A DNA stretch of 64,000 nucleotides. It comes from Clostridia bacterium (GTDB taxonomy: Bacteria > Bacillota > Clostridia > Christensenellales > CAG-138). This document shows positions 18,060-28,126 of the stretch, one piece after another. Positions within the stretch are counted from its first letter, which is position 1. The number at the start of each line of letters is the position of its first letter. The notes below the pieces were generated by a model. That model saw only the letters and a program-made list of their open reading frames with translations. It was not told the origin of the DNA and did no database searches. Position numbers and translations under genes: made by a program. The DNA lies in assembly GCA_017541305.1 (NCBI GenBank), contig JAFXZJ010000055.1, positions 106,311 to 170,310 of the forward strand. The letters are read 5' to 3'.

Positions 18060-18968
18060 ATGAACAGGCATAAAAATATCGGCTCAAATAAAACCTCCGG
18101 CGGGCTCCGCAGGGTAATATCGGCCGCACTTGCGGCGGCCGCGTTATCGGCGCTGCTGACCGGCTGCGGCAAGGCGTCCGATCCCGCCCCGGGCGAGCCC
18201 GAAGTGATCGACGTGATCCCCGGCGCAACGCTCGCTCCCGTCGAAGCGCCCACTCCCGCGCCCACCGCCGTACCGACCGAGGAGCCCACAACGATCGAGG
18301 GCAGGATACTCGCCGGCGTCGTCTACCCGCTCTTCGGGGGCAGGGTGATAAATGCCGGGACCGAGGGCGAATCCGTCGACATAAACGGTGACGGCTCCCC
18401 CGAAACGCTTGACGTGCGCGATATCGACGGCGGCCCCGTTTTCTGCATAGACGGCAGGCCCTTTATGGATATCGGCGTTAAGCTCAGCCTCGTTTCGCTC
18501 GACGGCAGCAATATGCTCTTCCTCTCAGAAAAGCACAATAAGGAAGGCTATTATCTCTTCTATCCCGACGAGGGCGGCAACCTCTTCTGCCGTCTCTTCG
18601 GAATCGACCGCAGCGGCAGCTCGAGCTCGCTCGTCATCCGCTCCTCATACGAGGAATACGTTAAAAACGGGCTTGAGATAATGCTGCACAACCCCATGAT
18701 CTACACATCCGTTTCGGGCGACACGCGCACTCTCTCCATCGACATGAACGGCGACGGTCAGCGTGAATCGATCGTTTTCGATCCCGCCGTGCTCACGGTG
18801 AACGGGCTTGAGAACGCGCCGATCCTTTCCACCACAATGCCCCGCTTCATTTACGACGCCGGGCACGATTCGATAGTCCTTTCGGGCTCTGCGGGCGATT
18901 ACGCGCTGAGCCTTCGATATGACGGGAGCGAGCTTCACGAGGATATAAGCTATGCCTCCCTGCTGTAA
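18060..18968 (+). CDS. Lipoprotein of unknown function with two DxNGDG (FG-GAP/EF-hand-like) motifs
   Basis: Start taken at ATG 18060 (MNRHKNIG...). Lipobox LLTGC, a Pro/Thr/Ala linker, and the motifs DINGDGSPE and DMNGDGQRE. Confidence 0.7.
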   Translation: MNRHKNIGSNKTSGGLRRVISAALAAAALSALLTGCGKASDPAPGEPEVIDVIPGATLAPVEAPTPAPTAVPTEEPTTIEGRILAGVVYPLFGGRVINAGTEGESVDINGDGSPETLDVRDIDGGPVFCIDGRPFMDIGVKLSLVSLDGSNMLFLSEKHNKEGYYLFYPDEGGNLFCRLFGIDRSGSSSSLVIRSSYEEYVKNGLEIMLHNPMIYTSVSGDTRTLSIDMNGDGQRESIVFDPAVLTVNGLENAPILSTTMPRFIYDAGHDSIVLSGSAGDYALSLRYDGSELHEDISYASLL

Positions 18969-18992
18969 AAACCGCGTTTGAAAGAGGTTTTC

Positions 18993-20405
18993 ATGGAAAA
19001 AGCACTTAAGCAAAACAAGATGGGCTCCATGCCCATAGGCAGGCTGATGTTCAATATGTCCCTGCCCATGGTCATTTCAATGCTGGTGCAGGCGCTGTAT
19101 AACGTCGTCGACAGCATATTCGTGGCCAGGATCGAGGATTCCATAAGCGCCGCGGGCGTAAACAACGCGCTGACCGCCGTGGGCCTTGCCTATCCCATAC
19201 AGTTCCTCATGTTCTCGGTCGCGATAGGCACCGCGGTGGGCATGAATTCGCTTATGAGCCGCAGGCTGGGCGAAAAGCGCTTTGACGAGGCCAACTCGGC
19301 AGCCTCCAACGGCATATTCCTGGAATTCGTTTCGGCGATAGTTTTCCTCATACTCGGCCTCACCGTGATCGGCCCCTTCTTCCGCATATTCACCGACGAT
19401 CCCGCTCAGCACGAGCTTGGCGTGATTTACCTTCGCATATGCATGGTGTTCGGCCTGGGCGTGTTCATCCATATGGGCTTTGACCGCATACTGCAGTCCA
19501 TGGGCAAGACCAATCTTTCCATGGCCGCGCAGCTTGCCGGCGCGGTGACCAATATCGTGCTCGATCCCATACTCATTTTCGGCTACCTCGGCTTCCCCAA
19601 AATGGGCATAGCCGGCGCTGCGATAGCGACCGTTATTGGTCAGTGGGTGAGCATGGTGATCGCCATGCTGCTCGTGCTGCTTGGCAGGCACGAGATCAAG
19701 GTCTCCTTCCGCGGCTTCCGCCCTAACCGCACCTCCATACGCGAGATCTATCGCGTTGGCCTGCCCTCCATCATAATGCAGGGCATAGGCTCGGTAATGA
19801 ACACCGGCATGAACTTCGTGCTTTCGCGCTTCCTGACCGACGGCATGGGCGTTGCGATAATGAACGTGTATTATAAGATGCAGTCGCTCGTGTTCATGCC
19901 CCTATTCGGAATAACCAACGCTTCAATGTCCATAATCGCGTATAACTACGGAGCAAAGGATTACAAGCGCATGATGGGCACCTGGAAGCGCACTGTGATA
20001 GTCTGCGTCATGATAATGACGCTGGGTCTTATACTCTTCCAGATATTCCCAAAGCAGATCGTTTCCGTGTTCGACACCAAGGGCACGCTCTCCGACGCGG
20101 GCGTGCGCGCGTTCCGCACCATCTCGCTCCACTTCCCGATCGCCGCCGTGTGTATCACTATGGGCACCCTTTTCCAGGCGACCGGCCGAGGCTTTTACAG
20201 CATGATGGTGTCCCTCATACGCCAGCTCGTCGCGCTGCTGCCCGCCGCCGCGATACTTGCGCTGACCACCGGCTCGCTCGACGCCGTGTGGTGGTCGTTC
20301 ATAATCGCCGAGTGCACTTCGCTCGCCGTCAGTCTGTTCTATTTCTCCAAGCTCAGAAAGAACGAGCTTGCCGCCATCAAAAATTACGAACCCGAAAGAG
20401 CCTGA
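18993..20405 (+). CDS. MATE family efflux transporter
   Basis: Start at ATG 18993 behind AAAGAGG. 12-TM profile with PMVISMLVQALYNVVDSIFVARI. Confidence 0.88.
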   Translation: MEKALKQNKMGSMPIGRLMFNMSLPMVISMLVQALYNVVDSIFVARIEDSISAAGVNNALTAVGLAYPIQFLMFSVAIGTAVGMNSLMSRRLGEKRFDEANSAASNGIFLEFVSAIVFLILGLTVIGPFFRIFTDDPAQHELGVIYLRICMVFGLGVFIHMGFDRILQSMGKTNLSMAAQLAGAVTNIVLDPILIFGYLGFPKMGIAGAAIATVIGQWVSMVIAMLLVLLGRHEIKVSFRGFRPNRTSIREIYRVGLPSIIMQGIGSVMNTGMNFVLSRFLTDGMGVAIMNVYYKMQSLVFMPLFGITNASMSIIAYNYGAKDYKRMMGTWKRTVIVCVMIMTLGLILFQIFPKQIVSVFDTKGTLSDAGVRAFRTISLHFPIAAVCITMGTLFQATGRGFYSMMVSLIRQLVALLPAAAILALTTGSLDAVWWSFIIAECTSLAVSLFYFSKLRKNELAAIKNYEPERA

Positions 20406-20406
20406 T

Positions 20407-21906
20407 ATGAAAAAGACCCTTGCCCTTGTCCTCTGCCTGCTGTTGGCGGCCGCGCTGTTCGGCTGCGGAGGCGATAAAACCGATCCCGACAGGGAAGTGA
20501 TATCCATACACACTCCCGCGCCATCCGGCGCCCCTGATCCCGATCAGGCCGCGCACACAGCCGCGCCCGATAATACCGATCCCGCGTCGCCCACGGCAGT
20601 TCCGATACCCGCCGCCACCGATGCGCCCGTGCTTCCCACCGAGGAGCCCTTCATCGCCGCGAACGCGGATGAGGCCGAGGCAAGGTATCAGGGCTATTAT
20701 CTGGGCTATGACCGCGTATACCGCGATCCCCTTCCCCCCAACGCGCCCATCGTCCCGCCCCGCTACACGCTCGGCGCCGACGGGATCTATCATTCGTCCG
20801 CCGCGACGAATGATAACGAGGCCTCCATCATGTTCACCGGCGACCTTATGTGCCAGGAGCGTCAGCAGATCGCCTGCCGCAAGGGCTCTACCTTCGATTT
20901 CAACGATTTCTTCTATTATATGAAGGATCTTTTCAGCAAGTCCGACCTGCTCGTGGGCAATCTCGAGGGCGTTTCATCCGCCTCCGCTCCCTATATGTGC
21001 GAGGTGCCCCGCGTGGACGACAGCCCCCATCTCAACGCTCCCTCCGTTTTCCTCGAGACCGTTCGCAGCGCGGGCTTTGACGCGGTGGTCATGGCCAACA
21101 ACCACGCCTGCGACGCGGGCGTGCGCGGCATTTACGAGACGCTCGATCGGGTCGAAGAATACGGGCTCATTCACACCGGCACCTTCCGCAATACCGAGGA
21201 GCCCCGCTTCGTGGTGATAGACGTGGACGGCATCAGGATCGGCCTTATCAGCTATGCGACCTATTTCAATCACAAGGACGAGCGCATCACCCGCGAGGGG
21301 CAGAACGCAATGCTCAATTACTATTCCCCCGAGCGCGTATCGCGCGACGCGGCCCTTGCGCGCGCGGCGGGAGCGGAATACATATTCTGCTACATTCACT
21401 GGGGCGTCGAGTATCAGCAGGATCCCAACGCCACCTTCACCATCCCCGCAGCCATAAAATTCACCGACCGCCCATTAAGGCTGCTCGTCAAGACCAACGA
21501 TCAGCCCCGCATCGCTCAAGAGCTTGCCGACGCGGGCGTCGATTACATATTAGGCTCGCATCCGCACGCCCTCCAGCCCTATGACGTCATCACCGCCTCC
21601 GACGGCAGGCGCGTGCCCGTCATCTATTCCCTCGGCAATTTCGTCTCGCATCAGCAGCGCAATATCACAAGGGACACGATAGTGCTTCGCGTGGTGCTGA
21701 CCAGGGATCCTAACGGTAAGGTCGTGCTCGCAAGGGAGGGCTACGTGCCCGCGCATCTGCTCCAAAGCTATAACGGGCGCAATTACCCCGTAATCCCCCT
21801 CACCTATCCCTACCGCAAGGATAACGCGCACTCCTCCTTCTCCCCGGCCTATTACAGGATCGTGCAGGCGATAGGCCCCAAGCTGCCCGTGATGGGCACC
21901 CTCTGA
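20407..21906 (+). CDS. CapA/PGA_cap family lipoprotein (metallophosphatase-like)
   Basis: MKKTLALVLCLLLAAALFGC lipobox. Contains FTGDLMCQ, MANNHACDAG, HWGVEYQ, GSHPHALQP and SLGNFVSHQ. Confidence 0.8.
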   Translation: MKKTLALVLCLLLAAALFGCGGDKTDPDREVISIHTPAPSGAPDPDQAAHTAAPDNTDPASPTAVPIPAATDAPVLPTEEPFIAANADEAEARYQGYYLGYDRVYRDPLPPNAPIVPPRYTLGADGIYHSSAATNDNEASIMFTGDLMCQERQQIACRKGSTFDFNDFFYYMKDLFSKSDLLVGNLEGVSSASAPYMCEVPRVDDSPHLNAPSVFLETVRSAGFDAVVMANNHACDAGVRGIYETLDRVEEYGLIHTGTFRNTEEPRFVVIDVDGIRIGLISYATYFNHKDERITREGQNAMLNYYSPERVSRDAALARAAGAEYIFCYIHWGVEYQQDPNATFTIPAAIKFTDRPLRLLVKTNDQPRIAQELADAGVDYILGSHPHALQPYDVITASDGRRVPVIYSLGNFVSHQQRNITRDTIVLRVVLTRDPNGKVVLAREGYVPAHLLQSYNGRNYPVIPLTYPYRKDNAHSSFSPAYYRIVQAIGPKLPVMGTL

Positions 21907-21911
21907 CGACC

Positions 21912-22475
21912 ATGAATTACCCGATAGACGTTTCGAATACCGTGCTGCACACGCCCCGCCTCACGCTGCGCCCATGGAGGCTGCGCGATCTGGACGACCT
22001 CTTCGCTTACGCGCGCGATCCCGAGGTGGGCCCCAACGCGGGCTGGCCCGCGCACCCAAGCCGCGATCATTCCGTGCCCATACTTTTAAGGTTCATCACC
22101 GAAAAAAAGACCTTCGCCATCGAATACGAGGGGAAGGTCGTGGGATCCGTCGGGATCGAGAATTATAACGAAAAGCTTTTGCCGCAGCCTGACGCGCTCC
22201 GCTGCCGCGAAATAGGCTTCGTGCTCAGCCGCGAATGCTGGGGCATGGGGCTCATGACCGAAGCCGTGCGCGGGGTGATACGCTTCCTGTTTGAGGACGT
22301 CGGCCTTGACGCCGTCGTATGCGGGCACTTCCTGCGCAACGCGCGCTCGGCGAGAGTGCAGGAAAAATGCGGGTTCCGCCCATGCGCCTTAAGCTATATC
22401 CGCACCGCCGCAGGAAGGTACGAGGCCGAAATGATGCGGGTGCTGACTAAGCGGAATCACCTTGAAAAAGCCTGA
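21912..22475 (+). CDS. GNAT family N-acetyltransferase (RimJ/RimL-like)
   Basis: Contains LRPWRLRDLDDLFAYARDPEV and REIGFVLSRECWGMGLMTEA. Confidence 0.8.
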   Translation: MNYPIDVSNTVLHTPRLTLRPWRLRDLDDLFAYARDPEVGPNAGWPAHPSRDHSVPILLRFITEKKTFAIEYEGKVVGSVGIENYNEKLLPQPDALRCREIGFVLSRECWGMGLMTEAVRGVIRFLFEDVGLDAVVCGHFLRNARSARVQEKCGFRPCALSYIRTAAGRYEAEMMRVLTKRNHLEKA

Positions 22476-22477
22476 GC

Positions 22478-23287
22478 TCAGGCTTTTTTCTTTTTGCCCC
22501 TTTTGCTTCCGGCAAGCCATTTTGCGGCGATAAAGACGAGGAACGCCGCGATCGTGTAACCCACAAGGTATATCACGAGGAACAGCCACCACGGAACGAC
22601 GGGCGTTTCGCCGTAAAGCATGGAGAGTATCGGCAGCGTGGATGGGAATTTGGGCGAGATATAGTACATATTAAAGGTCTCGTCCGTTATATTCGGTATC
22701 AGCATATCGAGCGCCAGCGCGGCGCCGACCATAAGCAGGAACACGAATATCCCCCGCGCGAAGAAGCGCGCCGAAAGCTCCTTTCTGTACCTTGTCAGGA
22801 AGAAACAGCCCAGTATCACCTGCGTGCCGTGCCACACCATGGTCTGGATATTGATGCCGATCGTGGTGATGAACACGCTGACGGGATAGAACATCACCGC
22901 CAGCCCCGCAAACAGCACGTAAGTCCCCATGAACGCAACCGTCGCCAGGCGCACCGCGCTGCCCTCCCTCGAGAGGAACACGAAGGGGAGTATGTAAATA
23001 GGCGCGGAGCAGAGCTGGAACGGGAAGGCGTACCACTGATAATCCCAATAGGGCTCGCCGCCGTTATAGTTGAACGAGAAATTGATCTGCTTATAAGTCT
23101 CGAAAACTATGAGCACGGCCCATGCAAACGCGCAGATACCGCGGAAAGCGCCGTCCTTTACGTCCCTGCCCTTTACGCACAGCAGCACCGTGATAAGTAT
23201 CACGGCGGCAAACGCGCTCAAATGGAAGACCCCGTAAGGCGCCGGGGTCTCCATCTGAGCATCCAACATATTCAGAATCTCATACAT
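22478..23287 (-). CDS. Integral membrane protein, YwaF/TIGR02206-like
   Basis: 269 aa, about 7 TM segments, containing QLCSAPIYILPFVFL. Confidence 0.45.
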   Translation of the reverse strand: MYEILNMLDAQMETPAPYGVFHLSAFAAVILITVLLCVKGRDVKDGAFRGICAFAWAVLIVFETYKQINFSFNYNGGEPYWDYQWYAFPFQLCSAPIYILPFVFLSREGSAVRLATVAFMGTYVLFAGLAVMFYPVSVFITTIGINIQTMVWHGTQVILGCFFLTRYRKELSARFFARGIFVFLLMVGAALALDMLIPNITDETFNMYYISPKFPSTLPILSMLYGETPVVPWWLFLVIYLVGYTIAAFLVFIAAKWLAGSKRGKKKKA

Positions 23288-23288
23288 A

Positions 23289-24521
23289 TCAAATAGCGAA
23301 ATTGCCGTTCTCGAACACCTTTACAAGTCTCCCGTCGCGGGTCTTTCCGACTATCTCAAGGTCCGCGGTGCCGACCATGAAGTCGACGTGCGTATCGCTT
23401 TCGGCATTGATGCCGGCGGCCTTGAGCTCCTCGACGGAAAGATCGTCGCCGCCCTTTATGCAGGCGGGATAAGCCTCGCCGAATGCGAAATGGCAGGCCG
23501 CGTTCTCATCGAACAGTGTGTTGAAAAAGAGTATGCCGCTGTTGGATATGGGCGAATCATACGGCACCAGCGCGATCTCGCCAAGGTAATGCGAGCCTTC
23601 GTCCAGGCCCACCTCGCCGCGCAGCGTTTCCTCGTTGGTATCGGCGTGGATATCGACTATGCGGCCGTTCTCGAAGCGGAAGCGGATGCCCTCCACCACG
23701 TTGCCGTTGAGCACAAGGGGCTTTGCGGCAACCAGCGTGCCGTCAACGCCCGTGCGCAGGGGCGCCGAGAACACCTCCTCGGTGGGCATGTTGGCAACAA
23801 ACTTCACTCCCTTGCAGTAATCGCCCCCCGCAAGCCACATATGGTTTTCGGGCATCTTCACGGTAAGGTCGGTGCCGATGGAGTTTTTGTAATGCAGCTC
23901 GGCAAAATCATATTCGGTCATGCGCTTGGCATAGCCCTCTATGCGCTCGCAGTGCGCGCGCCACTCGGCCACGGCGTCGCCGTCCTCGGTGATGCGCACG
24001 GACTTGAAAATCTCCTCCCACAGGCGCTCCATTGCGGCCTCCTCGTCAAGCTCGGGGAAAACCTTCTTCGCCCAGCTCACAACGGGCACGCTCACCACGC
24101 ACCAGGGTATGGCGTTGGACATCTGCAGTCTCGAGAATTCCTTCAAATCGCGTCCGGCGGCGGAATTGTAGCGGCGGAGCCTTTCGGGATCGACCCCCTT
24201 CAAATTCTCGGGATCGGAGGCGGCGATCGAGATTATGCCAACTCCCTTTTTGGCCAACTCCATGCGCTTCATCACTTCCCAGGGAGCCACGGCGTCAAAG
24301 GCCGCGTCCTCGGCGTGCAGCCAATGCTGACGGGAGCAGTAATCGTCGCGCCAGTTGATGTGCACGTCGGATGCGCCCGCGTCAAAGGCCGCGGTGGTCA
24401 GCATCCTTGCAAAAGCCGCGCTTTCCACCGGGCAGTTGATCATCACAGGCTGCCCCTTCTGCACGTTGATGCCCACCTCGACCACGAGGCGCGCGTATTG
24501 CCAAAGCATCTTTGCGTTCAT
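23289..24521 (-). CDS. Aminopeptidase, M29 (AmpS/PepS) family
   Basis: Track ORF trimmed to ATG 24521 (MNAKMLWQYARLVVEVGINVQKGQPV). Contains NMPTEEVFSAP, GEIALVP and HFAFGEAY. Confidence 0.88.
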   Translation of the reverse strand: MNAKMLWQYARLVVEVGINVQKGQPVMINCPVESAAFARMLTTAAFDAGASDVHINWRDDYCSRQHWLHAEDAAFDAVAPWEVMKRMELAKKGVGIISIAASDPENLKGVDPERLRRYNSAAGRDLKEFSRLQMSNAIPWCVVSVPVVSWAKKVFPELDEEAAMERLWEEIFKSVRITEDGDAVAEWRAHCERIEGYAKRMTEYDFAELHYKNSIGTDLTVKMPENHMWLAGGDYCKGVKFVANMPTEEVFSAPLRTGVDGTLVAAKPLVLNGNVVEGIRFRFENGRIVDIHADTNEETLRGEVGLDEGSHYLGEIALVPYDSPISNSGILFFNTLFDENAACHFAFGEAYPACIKGGDDLSVEELKAAGINAESDTHVDFMVGTADLEIVGKTRDGRLVKVFENGNFAI

Positions 24522-24781
24522 GTTAATGATTCCTTTCGGGTTGATGCGATCATTATACAACATTCCGTGATAAAAATAAAGGGGTGCGGGAAACCGTCGA
24601 TCACACCCCCTCATCACCGCTTCGCGGAGATTTCCCGCAAAGGGGGAGGACAAACGAATCGCGGAGGATATTGATCGACCTTCTATCGGCAAAACGGTAT
24701 CCTCGACCTTCAAGCGGTAAAAACTCGGGACAGCAGCCGTTCGTATTTAAGGCAGGGTTTTAGTGAAATAAAGCGGAACGC

Positions 24782-25546
24782 TCAGCCTTTGCGCCTTTTT
24801 ATCAGGAAATAGATCAGGTAAAACGCGGCGATATAGATAAGGAACAACACCACGACAAAAATCGGGTACAGCACGGGACTTCCGCCGACTATCCCGTAGA
24901 GGATATCATAAGGCGTGCCGTCGCCCCGCATGAGGAACATGTAGTTATAATCAACGATCCTGTTCACCGCATACGCCGCCGCGCAGAACCCAAGCAATAT
25001 GGCATACGTGATTCCGATATTCCTGCGCTTCATGCTCGCCATGCCCGAGACCGCGATATAGACGGCGCAGAAACCCGATATGGAATGCGTGATCCCCGAG
25101 GCAACGTTGTCTATCGATATCACGGGATAAGCTCCGTAATTCTGACCCGCGCCGTAAGTGCCAAGCACTGCGCCGAGCATGCCGAAGATGAGAACGAAAT
25201 CGAGCGCGGCCTCCTTCACCCTGCCCTTTGAGAACGCGGCAAGCGGGATCGTTATGAGCTGTATGCTGCACAAAAACAGCGGCAGGTTGTAAAGCAGCGT
25301 CGAAACTCCCCCGCTCCTTACGCAGAACACGGCAAGCTTGAACAGCTCGATCGAGTCGATAAGTATCGCCGCAGCGATCAGCACGCGGTTCCTTTCCCGC
25401 AGCGGCTTCTGCCTGTTCCGCTTTCCGAGAATGACCGCAAGCGATACCGTGACCGCCAGGAGCGCCGTCACAAACACTATGTGCTGCCACGAAAACCAGC
25501 CCTCGGGCTTACGCGCGTAGCCTCCGACGCCCAAGAATTCACCCAT
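24782..25546 (-). CDS. Integral membrane protein, YwaF/TIGR02206-like (second copy)
   Basis: Contains WFSWQHIVFVTALLAVTVSLAVILGKRNR and LPLFLCSIQLITIPLAAF. Confidence 0.5.
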   Translation of the reverse strand: MGEFLGVGGYARKPEGWFSWQHIVFVTALLAVTVSLAVILGKRNRQKPLRERNRVLIAAAILIDSIELFKLAVFCVRSGGVSTLLYNLPLFLCSIQLITIPLAAFSKGRVKEAALDFVLIFGMLGAVLGTYGAGQNYGAYPVISIDNVASGITHSISGFCAVYIAVSGMASMKRRNIGITYAILLGFCAAAYAVNRIVDYNYMFLMRGDGTPYDILYGIVGGSPVLYPIFVVVLFLIYIAAFYLIYFLIKRRKG

Positions 25547-25576
25547 TTTTGCCTCCTTAATTGTTTATTTGCAATT

Positions 25577-25607
25577 AGAAAAGCACGGAGCGGAATCCGT
25601 GCTTTTT
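25577..25607 (-). terminator. Intrinsic terminator after argF
   Basis: AGCACGG-8 nt-CCGTGCT, flanked by an A-run and a T-run. Confidence 0.7.
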
Positions 25608-25619
25608 CCTGTTCAATAA

Positions 25620-26609
25620 TTATTTGCCGATGGTGGCGACCATGACGGCCTTGATGGTGTGCATGCGGTTCTCGGCCTCGTCGAACACCTTGCTCATGGA
25701 GGAACGGAACACCTCGTCGCTCACTTCCTGCTCCTTCAGGCCGTACTTCTCATAGATGTCGCGGCCGACGGAGGTTTCAAGATCGTGGAAGCTGGGCAGG
25801 CAGTGCAGGAAGATGACGTCGGGATTATGGGTCATCTTCATCATGTCCATGGTTACGCGATAGGGCTCGAGGAGCTTTATGCGCTCTTCGAACTGAGCCT
25901 CTTCGCCCATGGATACCCACACGTCGGTATAGATGGCGTCAGCGCCGTCAACGTCCTCGATCTTATCGGAGAAGTCGATCTTGGCGCCGGTCTTTTCGGC
26001 CAGCTCACGCATCTCGCTTACCAGACCTTCCTCGGGCCAGAGGCACTTGGGCGCGATGCCCACAAAGTGCATGCCGAGCTTGGCGGAGATGATCATAAGG
26101 GAGTTGCCCATGTTATTGCGGGCGTCGCCGACGTAGACGAGCTTGACCTTGTTGACGGGCTTTGCGATGTTCTCACGGATGGTGAGCAGATCGGCAAGCA
26201 CCTGGGTGGGATGATACATATCGGTGAGACCGTTCCATACGGGAACGCCGGCATACTTGGCCAGCAGCTCAACGGTCTCCTGCTTGAAGCCGCGGAACTC
26301 GATGCCGTCATAGAAGCGGCCGAGGACCTTTGCGGTATCCTCCATGGATTCCTTCTTGCCCATCTGGGAGTTGGAAAGGAATGTGACGTTGGCGCCCTCG
26401 TCATAAGCGGCGACTTCGAACGCACAGCGGGTACGGGTGGAGGTCTTTTCGAAAAGAAGAACGATGTTCTTGCCTGCCATCAGATCGCCTTTGATACCGG
26501 CGCGCTTCTTGGCCTTAAGATCGGCGGCGAGGTTCAGAAGATACATGATCTCTTCGGGAGTGAAATCCTTGAGAGTCAAGAGGTGACGGCCTTTAAGATT
26601 AACGGGCAT
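25620..26609 (-). CDS. argF: Ornithine carbamoyltransferase
   Basis: Contains [18 protein letters not shown] and FLHCLP. Confidence 0.93.
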   Translation of the reverse strand: MPVNLKGRHLLTLKDFTPEEIMYLLNLAADLKAKKRAGIKGDLMAGKNIVLLFEKTSTRTRCAFEVAAYDEGANVTFLSNSQMGKKESMEDTAKVLGRFYDGIEFRGFKQETVELLAKYAGVPVWNGLTDMYHPTQVLADLLTIRENIAKPVNKVKLVYVGDARNNMGNSLMIISAKLGMHFVGIAPKCLWPEEGLVSEMRELAEKTGAKIDFSDKIEDVDGADAIYTDVWVSMGEEAQFEERIKLLEPYRVTMDMMKMTHNPDVIFLHCLPSFHDLETSVGRDIYEKYGLKEQEVSDEVFRSSMSKVFDEAENRMHTIKAVMVATIGK

Positions 26610-26708
26610 GGTTTTATCTCCTTTTTATTATAGAGTTTACAAGTGGATTATACCAAATTACCCGCCTGATTAAAAGCGGGTAATCGGTGTTTTAAGCAAT
26701 ATACTTTA

Positions 26709-27968
26709 TCAGTTTCCGGCCTCGGTGAATTCGGTGATGCCGTCGATGCGGATATCGAAATAGGGCGCGCTGCGATACTCGGACTCGTGGAAGTAACCGT
26801 CGCCGATCACGTTGATGGTCTCGCCCTCATACTGGAACGCGGTGAAATCGGAATTCCAGGTGGAGAAGTTGTAATCATAGGATTCGACCTTGGCGCCGTC
26901 CTTGGTGAAGGTGTTGATATCGAACACGTGGAAGGAGCCGTCCTTGATGGCCTTGATGACCTCGTCGACCTTTTCGGCGGTGCCCGCGGCGCAGGAATCG
27001 CCCAGCTTGGAGATCATGACCGCGTCGGCTTCATAACCGGCGGTGTAATCGTGCTTCACTTCCTTGCCCTCGATCACGTCCTTGAGTACCATGGTGTAAA
27101 GAGCGCCCCAGTTGTTCTGAGAGGAGGTGAGCGCGGCGTTGGGCGCAACGCTGAGCATGTCGATATTGTAACCGACGGAGTAAGCGACCTTGCCCTCGGC
27201 AAGAGCGGCCTCGACAGCGGAGGGAGCGCCGGTGGAATCGGCGTGCTGACCGATTATAACGCAGCCCTTGGCCATGAGCGCCTTGGCGGTCTCGCTCTCC
27301 TTATTCAGATCGAACCACGAGGAGGTGTACATGACGTCCATGTGCGCCTCGGGAACGATGGAGCGGATGCCGAGGAAGAACGCGGTGTAGCCGGAAACGA
27401 CCTCCGCATAGGGATAAGCGCCGACGTAACCGACGTAGGGATCGGTAACGGTGCCGTTATCCATGAGCTCCTTGAGCTTCATGCCGGCAACAACGCCGGA
27501 AACGTAACGGGACTGATAGGTCTGGGGGAAGAGGTTGACAACGTTCTTAAGGCCGCACACGTTGGCGGTATCGCCGGTGGCGGGGCAGAAGATGACGTTG
27601 GGATACTCCTCGGCAGCCCTGACCATGTGGGACTGATGGCCATAGCTGTTGGAGATGATGATGTTGCAGCCGGCCTCGGCAAGATCCACGGCGGTGTCAT
27701 AGCAGACGGCGTTCTCGCCGATGCTGTACTTCCAGGTGACCTGCTCGTCCTTGATGCCGCAGGCCTTCATGGCCTCCTTGAAGCCCTCGATATGGGCATA
27801 GGTGTAACCCTCGTTCTCGTCGCCGATGAGAATGACGCCGATCTTGAGGTCAGACGCGCCGGAGGGGTCGTTGTCGCCGCCTTCGGGCTTTGCGGTCTCG
27901 GAGCCGCCGCAGGCGACCAGCGCGAGAGCCATCAGTGCGCAGAGCATGAGCGCGATAAACTTCTTCAT
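26709..27968 (-). CDS. BMP family (PnrA-like) ABC substrate-binding lipoprotein
   Basis: Start at ATG 27968 (MKKFIALMLCALMALALVAC) behind GGAGGA. Typical BMP sequence. A TTGACA-17-TAAAAT promoter lies upstream. Confidence 0.85.
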   Translation of the reverse strand: MKKFIALMLCALMALALVACGGSETAKPEGGDNDPSGASDLKIGVILIGDENEGYTYAHIEGFKEAMKACGIKDEQVTWKYSIGENAVCYDTAVDLAEAGCNIIISNSYGHQSHMVRAAEEYPNVIFCPATGDTANVCGLKNVVNLFPQTYQSRYVSGVVAGMKLKELMDNGTVTDPYVGYVGAYPYAEVVSGYTAFFLGIRSIVPEAHMDVMYTSSWFDLNKESETAKALMAKGCVIIGQHADSTGAPSAVEAALAEGKVAYSVGYNIDMLSVAPNAALTSSQNNWGALYTMVLKDVIEGKEVKHDYTAGYEADAVMISKLGDSCAAGTAEKVDEVIKAIKDGSFHVFDINTFTKDGAKVESYDYNFSTWNSDFTAFQYEGETINVIGDGYFHESEYRSAPYFDIRIDGITEFTEAGN

Positions 27969-28126
27969 GTGTTCCTCCAATAAAAATATAATTCACGCGG
28001 CGCCAAGCCGAATCCGCCTTGCGCCGGGCCGTGTTGAAAACACCCGTATATTTTAAGCAAATCTCCTCTTTTTGTCAATCGAAATCACATTGGCGTTAAA
28101 AATATAAAATGATCGTTTTCTTGGGT

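Noticed and set aside
23388-27983. Plus-strand ORFs 23388..24674, 25659..26633 and 26787..27983.
   Set aside because: They are antisense shadows of the M29 aminopeptidase, argF and the BMP lipoprotein gene.
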